A DNA stretch of 64,000 nt from NCBI GenBank assembly GCA_964646385.1, contig CAZYEC010000003.1, forward strand, positions 6,350 to 70,349, read 5' to 3'. This document shows positions 31,810 to 41,523 of the stretch, in pieces. Numbering within the stretch: the first letter of the stretch is position 1; each line of letters opens with the position of its first letter. The notes below the pieces were generated by a model. The model had not been told where the DNA came from, ran no database searches, and was given only the letters and a program-made list of their open reading frames with translations. Origin of the DNA: an uncultured Eubacteriales bacterium. GTDB taxonomy: Bacteria; Bacillota; Sulfobacillia; Fermentithermobacillales; Fermentithermobacillaceae. A program made the position numbers and the translations under genes.

Positions 31810-32236
31810 GCAAAGGAAAACGGGTGATTCTAACGTGACAAATGTTGCCCAAGGCTGCCTGGATCGGAACAAAGCCATAAATGCGTATAGACTTTCGGCA
31901 GTGGGAACCGCTTCCAAGAACCAGCTAGTTTTATTGCTTTTCAACGAGATTGTCAAAACAGTGCGAGACTGCATCGTTTCAATGGAACTGAACGACGTCT
32001 GTTCAGCCAACTCCAAGTTATTGAAGGCTCAAGACATCGTGGACGAGCTTCGTACCTCTTTGAACACTGACGCCGGGGGGCACATAGCGGCCCACCTGGC
32101 CCTGGTGTATGAATTTGTCTACGACAGTTTGCTTTACGCAAACATACGGAAAGACTCGAAAAGGGCAAAAGACGCTCTGGCAGTGATGACAGAACTGAGG
32201 GATGCGTGGCAAGAGCTGTTGGGCGGGGCGCCGTGA
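31796..32236 (+). CDS. fliS: Flagellar export chaperone FliS. A possible GTG start lies at 31835.
   Basis: AYRLSAVGTASKNQLVLLLFNEIVK...GGHIAAHLALVYEFVYDSL is the FliS four-helix bundle signature. Confidence 0.88.
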   Translation: MRECRQRKTGDSNVTNVAQGCLDRNKAINAYRLSAVGTASKNQLVLLLFNEIVKTVRDCIVSMELNDVCSANSKLLKAQDIVDELRTSLNTDAGGHIAAHLALVYEFVYDSLLYANIRKDSKRAKDALAVMTELRDAWQELLGGAP

Positions 32237-32604
32237 GTACCCCACAACGCCGTGAAGCACTTTTCAAACAATGCGGCAACTTGATATGTTTGTCGGAAAG
32301 GGCGTTGGAGCTGGCGCTTGAGGGAAATCTGCTGGGTTTCAAAGAAACAATTGACAGGCGCGGCAGAATCATTGAGGAGATCAAGACGTCTGGGGAACTG
32401 CGCGGCCTGTCTGAGGATGCCAGAGAAGCGGTGCGTGACGGGTTTTTGGCAGTTAGAAGAATAGATCAGGAAATAACCCGTTGCCTGAGGTGTGAGATGC
32501 AACGCAATAAAGACGAGACTGCCGCCCTGGTTTCCAAAAAGAAAGTCCTTTCTGCCTACGACAAAATCGTGCCGAAAACTCGAAGATTCGACAAACTTAA
32601 GTGA
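32206..32604 (+). CDS. Small helical protein in the FliT position (putative FliT-like). Likely GTG start near 32233.
   Basis: Position after fliS plus helical, charged composition. No strong motif. Confidence 0.4.
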   Translation: MARAVGRGAVSTPQRREALFKQCGNLICLSERALELALEGNLLGFKETIDRRGRIIEEIKTSGELRGLSEDAREAVRDGFLAVRRIDQEITRCLRCEMQRNKDETAALVSKKKVLSAYDKIVPKTRRFDKLK

Positions 32605-32625
32605 AACACGAAAGAAACTGCATAA

Positions 32626-32662
32626 AAGATCAAAAAAGCCCCGGCGCGTGCCGGGGCTTTCC
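32626..32662. terminator. Bidirectional rho-independent terminator between the fliT-like gene and the convergent csp gene (AAAAAAGCCCCGGCGCGTGCCGGGGCTTTCCCC)
   Basis: Perfect GC stem (GCCCCGGC/GCCGGGGC) flanked by A- and T-rich tracts. Approximate coordinates. Confidence 0.6.
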
Positions 32663-32673
32663 CCTCCATTTCT

Positions 32674-32874
32674 TTATGAGACAATAGAGACGTTGGCAGC
32701 CTGCAACCCTTTGGGGCCATCAACTATGTCGAATTCTACTATATCACCCTGGTTAAGTGTACGAAACCCCTCAGTTTGAATAGCAGTGTAGTGGACGAAA
32801 ACGTCCGGACCGTCATCGCGTTCTATGAAGCCATAACCTTTTTCCGCGTTAAACCATTTTACTGTACCTTGCAT
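32674..32874 (-). CDS. csp: Cold-shock protein (CspA family)
   Basis: [33 protein letters not shown] carries the RNP1/RNP2 motifs; 66 aa. Confidence 0.95.
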   Translation of the reverse strand: MQGTVKWFNAEKGYGFIERDDGPDVFVHYTAIQTEGFRTLNQGDIVEFDIVDGPKGLQAANVSIVS

Positions 32875-33133
32875 TTCGGGACATTCCTCCTAATTCCTTG
32901 ACAACGGATCCCGGCCACGTCGTCTCCTGGAGCTATGCGCTCGCTCCGAACTATAGCATGCCCATTAGGCCCAGTCAACAGACATTTACCCGCTGAAGCG
33001 CACTGCCGGTGATTTCGTTATCGCTGCCCCAAATTGCGGTTTTCCAGTGTGAAGGCAAGAGAGTTCAGATGCCTGTCTGGAAGGATTTAGTTCGGGGTCA
33101 GGGAATAATATAGGCAAACAGGTTGTGGGGGGT

Positions 33134-33655
33134 ATGTCAGTGGAAATCATAGTGAGGGGCAAAAACATCGAAATTAGTCCGGCTTTGAAGGATTATGCCG
33201 AAAAAAAACTGAGAAAGGTCGAAAAGTACTTAAGGCAGTCGCCCCTTTCTTGCCATGCCACTTTTTCTACCCAGAGAGACAATTATGTGTTGGAAGTGAC
33301 GGCTCCCCTGAACGGGTATCTGCTGAGGGCGGAGGAGTCTTCCCGGGACGCTCTTGCGGCAGTGGATCTTGTCATGGACAAGTTGGAGAAGCAGATCGAG
33401 AGGTACCGCACCAGGCTACGGAAGAGGGACAAGGCGGAGCCTTCCCTGCAGCATCATGAGCAGACTCCTGAGGGCGGCAAGATAGTAAGGGTGAAACGGT
33501 TCCCCATAAAACCCATGCCGCCTGAAGAAGCGACCATGCAGATGGAACTGCTTGGGCACGGTTTTTTCGTTTTTCTGAACGCCGACACGGGATCGGTTAA
33601 TGTTGTATACAAACGAAGGGACGGGGATTACGGTCTCATAGAACCCGAAGAATAG
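33134..33655 (+). CDS. hpf: Ribosome hibernation-promoting factor (long HPF/YvyD)
   Basis: MSVEIIVRGKNIEISPALKDYAEKKLRKVEKYL is the S30AE N-domain, followed by a C-terminal dimerisation domain. Confidence 0.92.
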   Translation: MSVEIIVRGKNIEISPALKDYAEKKLRKVEKYLRQSPLSCHATFSTQRDNYVLEVTAPLNGYLLRAEESSRDALAAVDLVMDKLEKQIERYRTRLRKRDKAEPSLQHHEQTPEGGKIVRVKRFPIKPMPPEEATMQMELLGHGFFVFLNADTGSVNVVYKRRDGDYGLIEPEE

Positions 33656-33666
33656 AGAGGGGCGCT

Positions 33667-34827
33667 ATGTTGTTTCAACCTAGGGTTACTGTGGTTCTGT
33701 TCGAAGGGGGACAAGCCAGGACCACCATGGATGAGGCGGTGGCCGGCGTGAGACGTTGCGTCGTCTTGGAGACTTTGGAAAAGCTAAAAAAAGCGCAATC
33801 TGTTGATGACATAGTTGTCGTGACAAATTATCCGGGTTTGGCTACCGAGGCGGACCGCATGGGCATCGGCTGGGATCTGGAAGAGGCGGGGGCGCCCAGG
33901 TTTCACTTCGGCAGACGCCTCAGGGAGGTCATTGTTAAGCGCAAGCTGGAAAATGTAATTTACATGGGCGGCGCAGCCGCTCCGCTTCTTTCTGCCGAAG
34001 AATTCGACGACGTAGCCCTTGCCTTGAAGCGGGAGAGGAACCTTGTCATCGTGAATAATGTCCAATCAGCGGACCTTGTGGCCTTTTCTCCCGCTAGGGC
34101 CATCGATGAATTAGAGCTCCCGGATGGTGACAACTCTCTGGGCACCTTGTTGAGGGACATCGGTATGCGCAGGCTTTTGATACCTAACTCCGGTAGAGTC
34201 AACTTTGATTTGGACACCCCCACAGATATTCTGATCCTGGGTATGCACCCCGACTGCGGTTCGAGGGTCAAAAGAGCCATCGATTTTTTGAACTGGCCCC
34301 GACAACAGATCGATGACGCCTTCTCAGTTATGAGAGAATCATCAAAGGAAGTCGCGGTTATAGGAAGAGTGGGCCCGGCCGTGATCCAGTACATCAACGC
34401 CAATTTGGTTCACAGAATGCGGGTTTTTTCCGAAGAAAGAGGTATGAAAGCTTTAGGACGCGAAAGCAGGGGCGAAGTAGTCTCGTTTCTCGGGTTTGCC
34501 CTGGAAGAGCTGGGGCCGCGCAGATTTTTTAAGTACTTGGCCTCAAGTTGCGATGTTGCGTTCATAGATACCAGGGTAATATTTGGGCATCTGAAAAAAC
34601 GCCTTTCCGATTGGGATAGGTTTCAGTCGGATCTTGGGCAATTTTGGTTTGTGGAAGACCCCTGGGTTAAAGAGTTTACCAGATGTGCAGGTGAGGCCGG
34701 CATTCCCGTGGTTTTGGGGGGACACAGTCTGGTGGCGGCAGGTCTGTGGCTCATGGCAGAGATGATCGCCAAAGAGAGAGAGGATATGGGTTATCGTCAC
34801 AACACCTTCATCATGTCGACCAGGTGA
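33667..34827 (+). CDS. Hypothetical protein. The N-terminal region has faint IspD/MobA-like nucleotidyltransferase-fold resemblance but no catalytic G-rich loop.
   Basis: A 386-aa ORF with coding-like composition and no recognisable signature motif. It sits where the Bacillus gene order has no gene. Confidence 0.5.
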   Translation: MLFQPRVTVVLFEGGQARTTMDEAVAGVRRCVVLETLEKLKKAQSVDDIVVVTNYPGLATEADRMGIGWDLEEAGAPRFHFGRRLREVIVKRKLENVIYMGGAAAPLLSAEEFDDVALALKRERNLVIVNNVQSADLVAFSPARAIDELELPDGDNSLGTLLRDIGMRRLLIPNSGRVNFDLDTPTDILILGMHPDCGSRVKRAIDFLNWPRQQIDDAFSVMRESSKEVAVIGRVGPAVIQYINANLVHRMRVFSEERGMKALGRESRGEVVSFLGFALEELGPRRFFKYLASSCDVAFIDTRVIFGHLKKRLSDWDRFQSDLGQFWFVEDPWVKEFTRCAGEAGIPVVLGGHSLVAAGLWLMAEMIAKEREDMGYRHNTFIMSTR

Positions 34828-34875
34828 CTTGTAGCTACGTTTTGTGCGTTTTGTCTAGGCCAGGAAGGTGATGTA

Positions 34876-35523
34876 ATGACGGAGGAGAACCGGGGCATTT
34901 CGCCTTCAAAGTGCGAAGAAGTGCTTAAACGGGTAAAAGGTGTCGTAGCGGCAAGGGTAGTGACAACGGCGGATGGGACCGTTGAGGAAATACATGTTTT
35001 GGCCGAAGGCAACAGGGCTGCAAAGTACATTGTTCGGGATATTGAGTCGGCCATCATCGCGGCTTTCGGGGTTTCTTTGGACAGACGCAAGGTATCCGTG
35101 GCTCAGCTCGGCGGGGAAGCGGCGGGCCGGGTTCCTCAAAGAGTGCAACTGAAAAAGGTGGAAATTGTCTCTTCTTCCGAGGGTGCCGAAATCGGCGTGC
35201 AGCTGGGACTTGGGACCAGAACCGTTACCGGTTCTGAAAAAGGGATGCCCACTTTAAGAAACTGGCTTTTGTTGGCAGCGGGGGCGACCATAAAAGCCTT
35301 GTCTCAATTCACCGCGGCAGGTGTGTGTTTCAGTCTTCAAGATGTAACTGTTACCACAATTAGATCTTTGAGAGTCGCTTTGGTTTCCGTAGTCATTTCC
35401 GCTTCGGGCCACGACCAATTGGTGACAGGATCGTGTCCGGTGTCCCAGGATGACAGGGAGGCAGTTGTGAAAGCAACTCTGGATGCCCTCAATCGCAGAT
35501 TTTCCGGGCTCGTGGCGCAGTAA
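34876..35523 (+). CDS. Hypothetical protein
   Basis: A 215-aa ORF preceded by GGAAGGTGATG. No family recognised. Confidence 0.45.
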   Translation: MTEENRGISPSKCEEVLKRVKGVVAARVVTTADGTVEEIHVLAEGNRAAKYIVRDIESAIIAAFGVSLDRRKVSVAQLGGEAAGRVPQRVQLKKVEIVSSSEGAEIGVQLGLGTRTVTGSEKGMPTLRNWLLLAAGATIKALSQFTAAGVCFSLQDVTVTTIRSLRVALVSVVISASGHDQLVTGSCPVSQDDREAVVKATLDALNRRFSGLVAQ

Positions 35524-35784
35524 GTGTGAAGAAGACATGCCGGAAAAAGGAACTGTCGAAAAAACGTAGAAGATATCGGTTAACCGGCAGCCTGCTGTTT
35601 ACGAAAGCGGAGGCCAGGATCCGGGCTAGCGGTTCGGAGACGTCCTACTCCGGGGGTTTCATTCGTGAACAAGCTGTTTAAGGTGCTTCTCGCCATTTTT
35701 ACAATGGTTCTTGCAGGAGCTTCTCTGTGGCAGATGGGTTAGTAAGGTGAACAGAGGCTGCCGGTTCACTGTGGAGGCCCCTAG

Positions 35785-37029
35785 ATGGAGAAAAAGCAAG
35801 GCGCATTTAAGGCATATTGTCTTTTGGTGGCAGCGCTAGGTTTCTACATTTTGGTTACCGGCGTTCCTGACCTAACCCGTGGGCCGCTTGTATCCCTGTT
35901 TTTGGCACTGCTTGTGCTGTTGGGCGAGTTTTCACCGGTACCGTTGCGGGGCGGCGAAGGTACCGTTTCCGTCACCGCGCCTCTTCTGTTCGTTATCGCT
36001 GTGCTTCGCGGACCTTCCCTTGCGGCGTGGGTGGCAAGCCTGGCGACCTTGCGCAAAAAGGATCTGATGGGGGAAGTCCCCTTACATATTGTTTTGTTCA
36101 ACAGAGGCATGCTCGTTCTTTCGGCGCAGGCTTTTTCTTTCGTGTACCGGTTGGCAGGCGGAACAACCGGCACATTTAGCGGGTACAGAAGTCTTCTGGC
36201 CTTCATTGCCGGAGCTTTGGTTTTTAACATGGCCAATTCCGTGATAATTTCCGCGGGTTTCGCTCTTAACCTGGGTATGTCGGTCTGGAGTGTGTGGCAG
36301 CAAAACATCGTCAGAAGCCTTCCAAGTATCCTGGGGTTGATTCCTGTGGGTGTCCTCATGACGGTGGTATGCGAGCAAGGTGGCCCCTGGTACCTTTTGC
36401 TGTTCTGGGTTCCCCTTTTGGTGGCCAAGCAGTCTTTGGAAAAATACTACAACTTAAGGGATGCCTATGCCGAAATGGCGATGGCTCTGAGTAACGCCAT
36501 AGACGCCAGGGATTCTTACACCAGGGGCCATTCGGAAAGAGTCGCGGAGTATGCGGCCATGCTTGCACAAGAGATGAAAATGTCGGAAGACAAGGTGGAT
36601 CTAATAAAGTACGTGGGGCTTCTGCACGACGTAGGCAAAGTGGGAATTAGGGATGCTATCATGAAAAAGCCCGGGACCTTTACCTACGAAGAATATCAAG
36701 AGATGAAAAAGCACTCGACAATGGGAGCCGACATGTTGGAAGGCATGAAGTTTTTGGGGCAAGGGCGAGATTGGGTCAGGCACCACCATGAACGGTGGGA
36801 CGGCAAGGGGTTTCCCGACGGGTTGAAAGCTGAGGAAATTCCTTTGGAGGCCCGCATTCTGGCATGTGCCGATTCCTTCGACGCCATGACGACCGACAGG
36901 CCTTACAAGAAAAAAATGTCTTTTGAGGATGCGAAACAAGAGATTATCCGGTGTTCGGGGACCCAATTTGATCCCCAGGTCGTGCCATTTATGATAAAGG
37001 TAATAGATAAACTGGCGAGTCGAAAATGA
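35785..37029 (+). CDS. HD-GYP domain protein with N-terminal multi-TM sensor region (putative c-di-GMP phosphodiesterase)
   Basis: YTRGHSERVAEYA...LHDVGKVGI...HHERWDGKGFPDGL are HD-GYP signatures. The N-terminal roughly 210 aa are hydrophobic. Confidence 0.85.
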   Translation: MEKKQGAFKAYCLLVAALGFYILVTGVPDLTRGPLVSLFLALLVLLGEFSPVPLRGGEGTVSVTAPLLFVIAVLRGPSLAAWVASLATLRKKDLMGEVPLHIVLFNRGMLVLSAQAFSFVYRLAGGTTGTFSGYRSLLAFIAGALVFNMANSVIISAGFALNLGMSVWSVWQQNIVRSLPSILGLIPVGVLMTVVCEQGGPWYLLLFWVPLLVAKQSLEKYYNLRDAYAEMAMALSNAIDARDSYTRGHSERVAEYAAMLAQEMKMSEDKVDLIKYVGLLHDVGKVGIRDAIMKKPGTFTYEEYQEMKKHSTMGADMLEGMKFLGQGRDWVRHHHERWDGKGFPDGLKAEEIPLEARILACADSFDAMTTDRPYKKKMSFEDAKQEIIRCSGTQFDPQVVPFMIKVIDKLASRK

Positions 37030-37607
37030 TCGATGTGACCGTACTCTTTATGGCAGCGGCCATCGGTTTGGGTCTTTGTCTGGGCGGCAAAATCGGCCGT
37101 CTGGGAAATGTGGAGATTCCCCGGTTGCCTTTCCTTCTGGCGTCTTTTTCCCCAAAGCTTCTGCCTGTTCTGCCTTTCTTGGCTGAAGTCGACCCCGCGG
37201 GTCACCTGCCCCTTTTGATTTCAGCAGTATCATTTTGCCTTTTCTGCTACTCAGTAGTCCCAAGTCTGTCGATGCCCGGCTTCAAAACGATGGCGGCAGG
37301 AACATCCCTGAACTTCGCGGTGAAAATGGTCAATGGCGGGCGAATGCCAGTGAGTCTGACGGGTTTGACTCCCGAAAAACTAGATGGCGAACTGCAAAGG
37401 CTTGCCGCTTGCCTGACTCATAGGAGCATGGAACCTGGCACTCGGGTGAAATTTCTGGGGGACCTTTTCAAGCTCAGTCTACCGGGGCTAAAAACTTCGG
37501 TGTTTAGCGTGGGGGATGTCCTGTTGGCTATCGGCGCCGCGTGGTTCATCGTCAGGGTCATGTTAGGCGGTTTTCCCTGCCCCCCGGTTGATGATAGTAT
37601 TAATTGA
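37026..37607 (+). CDS. Small integral membrane protein (possibly DUF5317-like)
   Basis: Hydrophobic 193-aa ORF whose start overlaps the HD-GYP stop by 4 nt, consistent with an operon. Confidence 0.45.
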   Translation: MIDVTVLFMAAAIGLGLCLGGKIGRLGNVEIPRLPFLLASFSPKLLPVLPFLAEVDPAGHLPLLISAVSFCLFCYSVVPSLSMPGFKTMAAGTSLNFAVKMVNGGRMPVSLTGLTPEKLDGELQRLAACLTHRSMEPGTRVKFLGDLFKLSLPGLKTSVFSVGDVLLAIGAAWFIVRVMLGGFPCPPVDDSIN

Positions 37608-37628
37608 GCTTTCACGGGGGGTTTCTTC

Positions 37629-40349
37629 GTGTCATTTCTGTCATTTCTGAAAAAGTTGTTCGACTCCAATGTCAGGGAGCTCAAAAGGCTTGTGCCATTG
37701 CAACAAGCAGTCTTGGCTTTTGAGGCACCCTTTAAAAAACTTGACGATGGCGCGCTGGCAGCAAAGACCGGGGAATTCAGGGAACGGATCGCAAACGGCG
37801 AAGACCTGGACAAAGTCCTTCCCGAAGCTTTTGCCGTGGTCAGGGAAGTGGCCGCAAGGGTTTTGGACATGAGGCCTTTTCCCGTCCAAGTGTTGGGGGC
37901 GATAGTTCTTCACCAGGGACGGATAGCGGAAATGCAAACCGGTGAAGGCAAGACTCTGGTGGCAACGCTCCCCTCCTATTTGAACGCCGTTGGCGGCAGG
38001 ACCGTTCACGTGGTAACGGTAAACGATTATTTGGCCAGAAGGGACAGGGAATGGATGGGCCAAATACACCGTTTCCTGGGTCTGGATGTGGGTCTTGTGG
38101 TCCCTCAAATGGATGCTGCGGACAAGAGGCGATCCTACTCCTGCCCTATCGTATACGGGACAAATTCTGAGTTCGGTTTCGACTATTTGAGAGACAACAT
38201 GGCCTGGCAGAAAGAAGACGTGGTTCAGGGCCCCCTCGATTACGGGATAATCGACGAGGTTGACTCTATCCTCATTGATGAGGCCAGAACACCTCTCATT
38301 ATTTCGGGCCCCAGCGAGGGTTCCACCGAGGTTTACAAAAAGTTTCGGGATCTCTCGAAAGTTCTCAAAAAAGACAGGGACTATACCGTTGACGAAAAGG
38401 CACGTCTTGTGGTCATGACGGACGAAGGGGACAGGCGGGCCGAAGATTGGCTGGGGGTAGCAGGACTAGAGTCTGAGGAGAATCTGGAACTGCACGCCTA
38501 TATAAGTCAGGCCCTTCGAGCAAAAGAGCTTATGCGCAGAGATATCGATTATGTGGTGAAAGACGGAGAGGTTTTGATTGTCGACGAGTTTACAGGCAGG
38601 ATACTTCCCGGGCGCCGTTATTCCGACGGCCTTCACCAAGCAATAGAGGCTAAGGAAGGGGTGAACATTCGAGAAGAGGCTGACACTCTTGCCACCATAA
38701 CTGTGCAGAATTATTTCAGGATGTACAAAAAACTTGCAGGCATGACAGGCACGGCCCTGACAGAAGAACCGGAGTTCAGAGAGATTTACGGTTTGGATGT
38801 CGTCTCCATTCCCACCAACAAACCGCTCGTAAGGGACACCATGGACGACTCCATATGGAAGACCGAGGCCGCCAAATACAAAGCCGCGGCAGAGGAAATC
38901 TGCCAGTGTTACGAAATGGGGCGCCCTGTGCTGGTTGGAACCAGGTCAATTGAGAAATCGGAGCTGGTTTCCGAAATGCTGAGACGCAAGGGCGTTCCCC
39001 ACGAAGTTTTGAATGCCAAGCACCATTCCCGAGAAGCCGAGATTGTGGCCCAGGCAGGCAGAAAAGGAAGCGTAACAATAGCTACCAACATGGCCGGAAG
39101 GGGCACGGACATCCTTTTGGGCGGTAACCCCGAATTCTTGGCTCGAAGGGCTTTGCGGCAGGAAGATTATTCTTCCGAGGCCGTGCTTCTGGCTTCGGAA
39201 AAAGCGCTGCCCGAAAACTTGTCGGCCCGGCTGCAAAAGGGAGACACTGGCGAAGATCTTCAAGAAGTTGTGGATGCCAGGGTGAGATATGCGGAGCTAT
39301 ACAAGGAATGGAAAGAGAAAACCGATGCTGAGCACGACGAAGTCGTGGGGCTAGGGGGACTGCACGTTTTGGGGACGGAGCGTCACGAAGCCCGCCGGAT
39401 TGACAATCAACTTCGGGGCCGGGCGGGGCGCCAGGGGGATCCGGGGTCGTCACGCTTTTATCTATCCCTGGAAGACGAACTGATGCGGTTGTTCGGTGGG
39501 GAGGCCCTATCGGGTTTGATGGACCGAATAGGGTTTACCGAAGATGACCCCATCGAGCACTCCTTGGTGTCAAAATCTGTGGAGGGCGCTCAAAAAAGAA
39601 TCGAAGCCCATAATTTTGGCATCAGGAAAAGTGTTTTGGAATATGATAATGTTCTCAACAGGCAACGGGAAGTCATCTACGGCGAAAGACGGACGGCCAT
39701 GTTCCAGGACGATCTCGCCGCCACCATTTGGGAGATGGTTCTAAGGGTGCTGGATCTGGCCCTGAATCTTTACTGGCCACAAAATGCAAAACGCGAGGAA
39801 GCCGACGTTTCCTCATTGTCACAGTATCTGAGAGAAGTCAATTCCGCCATCCCTGATTCTTTGTTCCTGGCTGCCGAGAACAGGGATTCCTTAGAAACAG
39901 CGGTCAAGGGCGCTTTTCGAAGCGCATTTGAAGAAAAACTGACGTTCTTGGGCGAAGAAGCGAACGGTTTTCTGAAAGCGGTCTTGCTTTCCGCAATAGA
40001 CCACCATTGGGTGAATCAACTTGGCATGATGGTTCACCTTCGAGAAGGCATAGGGTTACAGGCTTACGGACAGAGAGACCCGCTTGTGGAATATACCAAA
40101 CAGGGTTATGAGATGTTTCAAGGCAGAATCCAGAATATTGAGCGCGATACAGTGCGGTTGGTTTTTCGGGGGCAACCTAGACGGGAGGGTGCAGGGGCAA
40201 CACCGGCCCCAGTGGGACGCCGGTCTGTTTCAACCCCGGGGACCTCGCCGGGGCAGGGGGCCAAGAAAGCGGACAAAGTGGGGCGCAATTCGCCCTGCCC
40301 GTGCGGAAGCGGCAAGAAGTACAAGAACTGCTGCGGCAAGGTGGTTTAG
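37629..40349 (+). CDS. secA: Preprotein translocase ATPase SecA
   Basis: Walker A (MQTGEGKTLVATLPSYLNA), DEVD box and the C-terminal zinc-binding CPCGSGKKYKNCCG; 906 aa. Confidence 0.97.
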   Translation: MSFLSFLKKLFDSNVRELKRLVPLQQAVLAFEAPFKKLDDGALAAKTGEFRERIANGEDLDKVLPEAFAVVREVAARVLDMRPFPVQVLGAIVLHQGRIAEMQTGEGKTLVATLPSYLNAVGGRTVHVVTVNDYLARRDREWMGQIHRFLGLDVGLVVPQMDAADKRRSYSCPIVYGTNSEFGFDYLRDNMAWQKEDVVQGPLDYGIIDEVDSILIDEARTPLIISGPSEGSTEVYKKFRDLSKVLKKDRDYTVDEKARLVVMTDEGDRRAEDWLGVAGLESEENLELHAYISQALRAKELMRRDIDYVVKDGEVLIVDEFTGRILPGRRYSDGLHQAIEAKEGVNIREEADTLATITVQNYFRMYKKLAGMTGTALTEEPEFREIYGLDVVSIPTNKPLVRDTMDDSIWKTEAAKYKAAAEEICQCYEMGRPVLVGTRSIEKSELVSEMLRRKGVPHEVLNAKHHSREAEIVAQAGRKGSVTIATNMAGRGTDILLGGNPEFLARRALRQEDYSSEAVLLASEKALPENLSARLQKGDTGEDLQEVVDARVRYAELYKEWKEKTDAEHDEVVGLGGLHVLGTERHEARRIDNQLRGRAGRQGDPGSSRFYLSLEDELMRLFGGEALSGLMDRIGFTEDDPIEHSLVSKSVEGAQKRIEAHNFGIRKSVLEYDNVLNRQREVIYGERRTAMFQDDLAATIWEMVLRVLDLALNLYWPQNAKREEADVSSLSQYLREVNSAIPDSLFLAAENRDSLETAVKGAFRSAFEEKLTFLGEEANGFLKAVLLSAIDHHWVNQLGMMVHLREGIGLQAYGQRDPLVEYTKQGYEMFQGRIQNIERDTVRLVFRGQPRREGAGATPAPVGRRSVSTPGTSPGQGAKKADKVGRNSPCPCGSGKKYKNCCGKVV

Positions 40350-40385
40350 CGGATAGGGATCCGCGCTTTTCAAGGGGGTTACATC

Positions 40386-41493
40386 ATGTACGAGGAAATT
40401 GTTCGAGATTTGCAGGAATCCCAGAAGAAACTCATCAATATTGGGAGGTCTCTTTGACTTAGATGGTCTCAGACAGGAATTGGCCGCTGCACGCAAAGAG
40501 ATGGAGGATCCCTCTGTATGGGGGGATCGGAAACGAGCCCAAAGTCTTGGGAAAAAGGTGGCTTCTGCCGAATCCAAACTGGGTACCTGGCAACGCCTGA
40601 AAAAAGATATCGACGACAATCTTGAAATGGCCCTTTTGGCGGAAGAGGAGGGGGATCAATCCCTGATACAGGACCTCGGGGCTGTTTCCACCGAACTGGC
40701 CGAAAAAGTCAGGGATATGGAACTCACTACTTTGTTATCCGGCCCTTATGATTCCAGGGATGCAATAGTGGCCCTGCACGCCGGGGCCGGTGGTACTGAA
40801 TCCATGGATTGGGTTGAAATGTTGTTTCGCATGTACACCAGATGGGCCGAACGCAGGCAGTTTGGCACGGAGGTCCTCGATATGCTTCCCGGCGACGAAG
40901 CCGGGCTTAAAAGCGTCAGCTTCTCCGTGACAGGGGACTACTCCTACGGCTTCCTTCGGGTAGAAAAAGGCGTTCACAGGCTGGTAAGGATATCTCCTTT
41001 CGATTCAAACGCAAGGAGGCATACGTCTTTTGCTTCGGTAGATGTGCTGCCCGAAATGGGTGAGGAAGACGACATTTCCATAAACCCCGACGACCTCAAA
41101 ATTGACACATTCAGATCTTCCGGGGCGGGTGGCCAGAACGTGCAAAAGGTTGCTTCGGCGGTGCGGATCACCCATCTTCCCACGGGGATCGTCATTTCTT
41201 GTCAGAATGAAAGGTCTCAATACAATAACAAGATAGTTGCCATGAGGCTGTTGTCTGCCAAACTCTTGGCGCTCAGGGAAGAAGAACGGCGCAAAGAGAT
41301 CGACACCATAAGGGGGCCCCAAAAAGAGATCGCTTGGGGAAGCCAAATCCGCTCCTATGTGTTTCAACCCTATACCTTAGTGAAAGACCACAGGACGGGC
41401 GTAGAGATCGGCAACGTTGAAAAAGTGATGGATGGCGGGATCGACGATTTCATTTACGCCAAACTTCAACAGGACAGAGAAAGTGGCCTGTAG
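40386..41493 (+). CDS. prfB: Peptide chain release factor 2 with programmed +1 ribosomal frameshift. ORF1 runs 40386-40457 and ends at an in-frame TGA. The reading frame continues from GAC at 40456.
   Basis: Canonical shift site GGGAGG TCT CTT TGA C: an internal Shine-Dalgarno-like sequence, a CUU slippery codon and UGA-C. The downstream frame encodes SPQ-less RF2 body with the GGQ motif (SGAGGQNVQKV) and RITHLPTGIV. Confidence 0.92.
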
Positions 41494-41523
41494 TAATCCG
41501 GTTGTGGGAAAGGGAGACATCTG

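Noticed and set aside
32875-33124. 250-nt divergent interval between csp and hpf as a novel ncRNA
   Set aside because: Long structured 5' UTRs are the norm for cspA-family genes, and hpf needs its own promoter. Nothing anomalous was seen beyond that.
35590-35650. c-di-GMP-I (GEMM) riboswitch call for the HD-GYP leader
   Set aside because: Only a loose resemblance to one GEMM hairpin (ACGAAAGCGGAGGCC), and the second hairpin and conserved linkers were not found by eye. It is kept only as a hypothesis inside the inverted-repeat finding.
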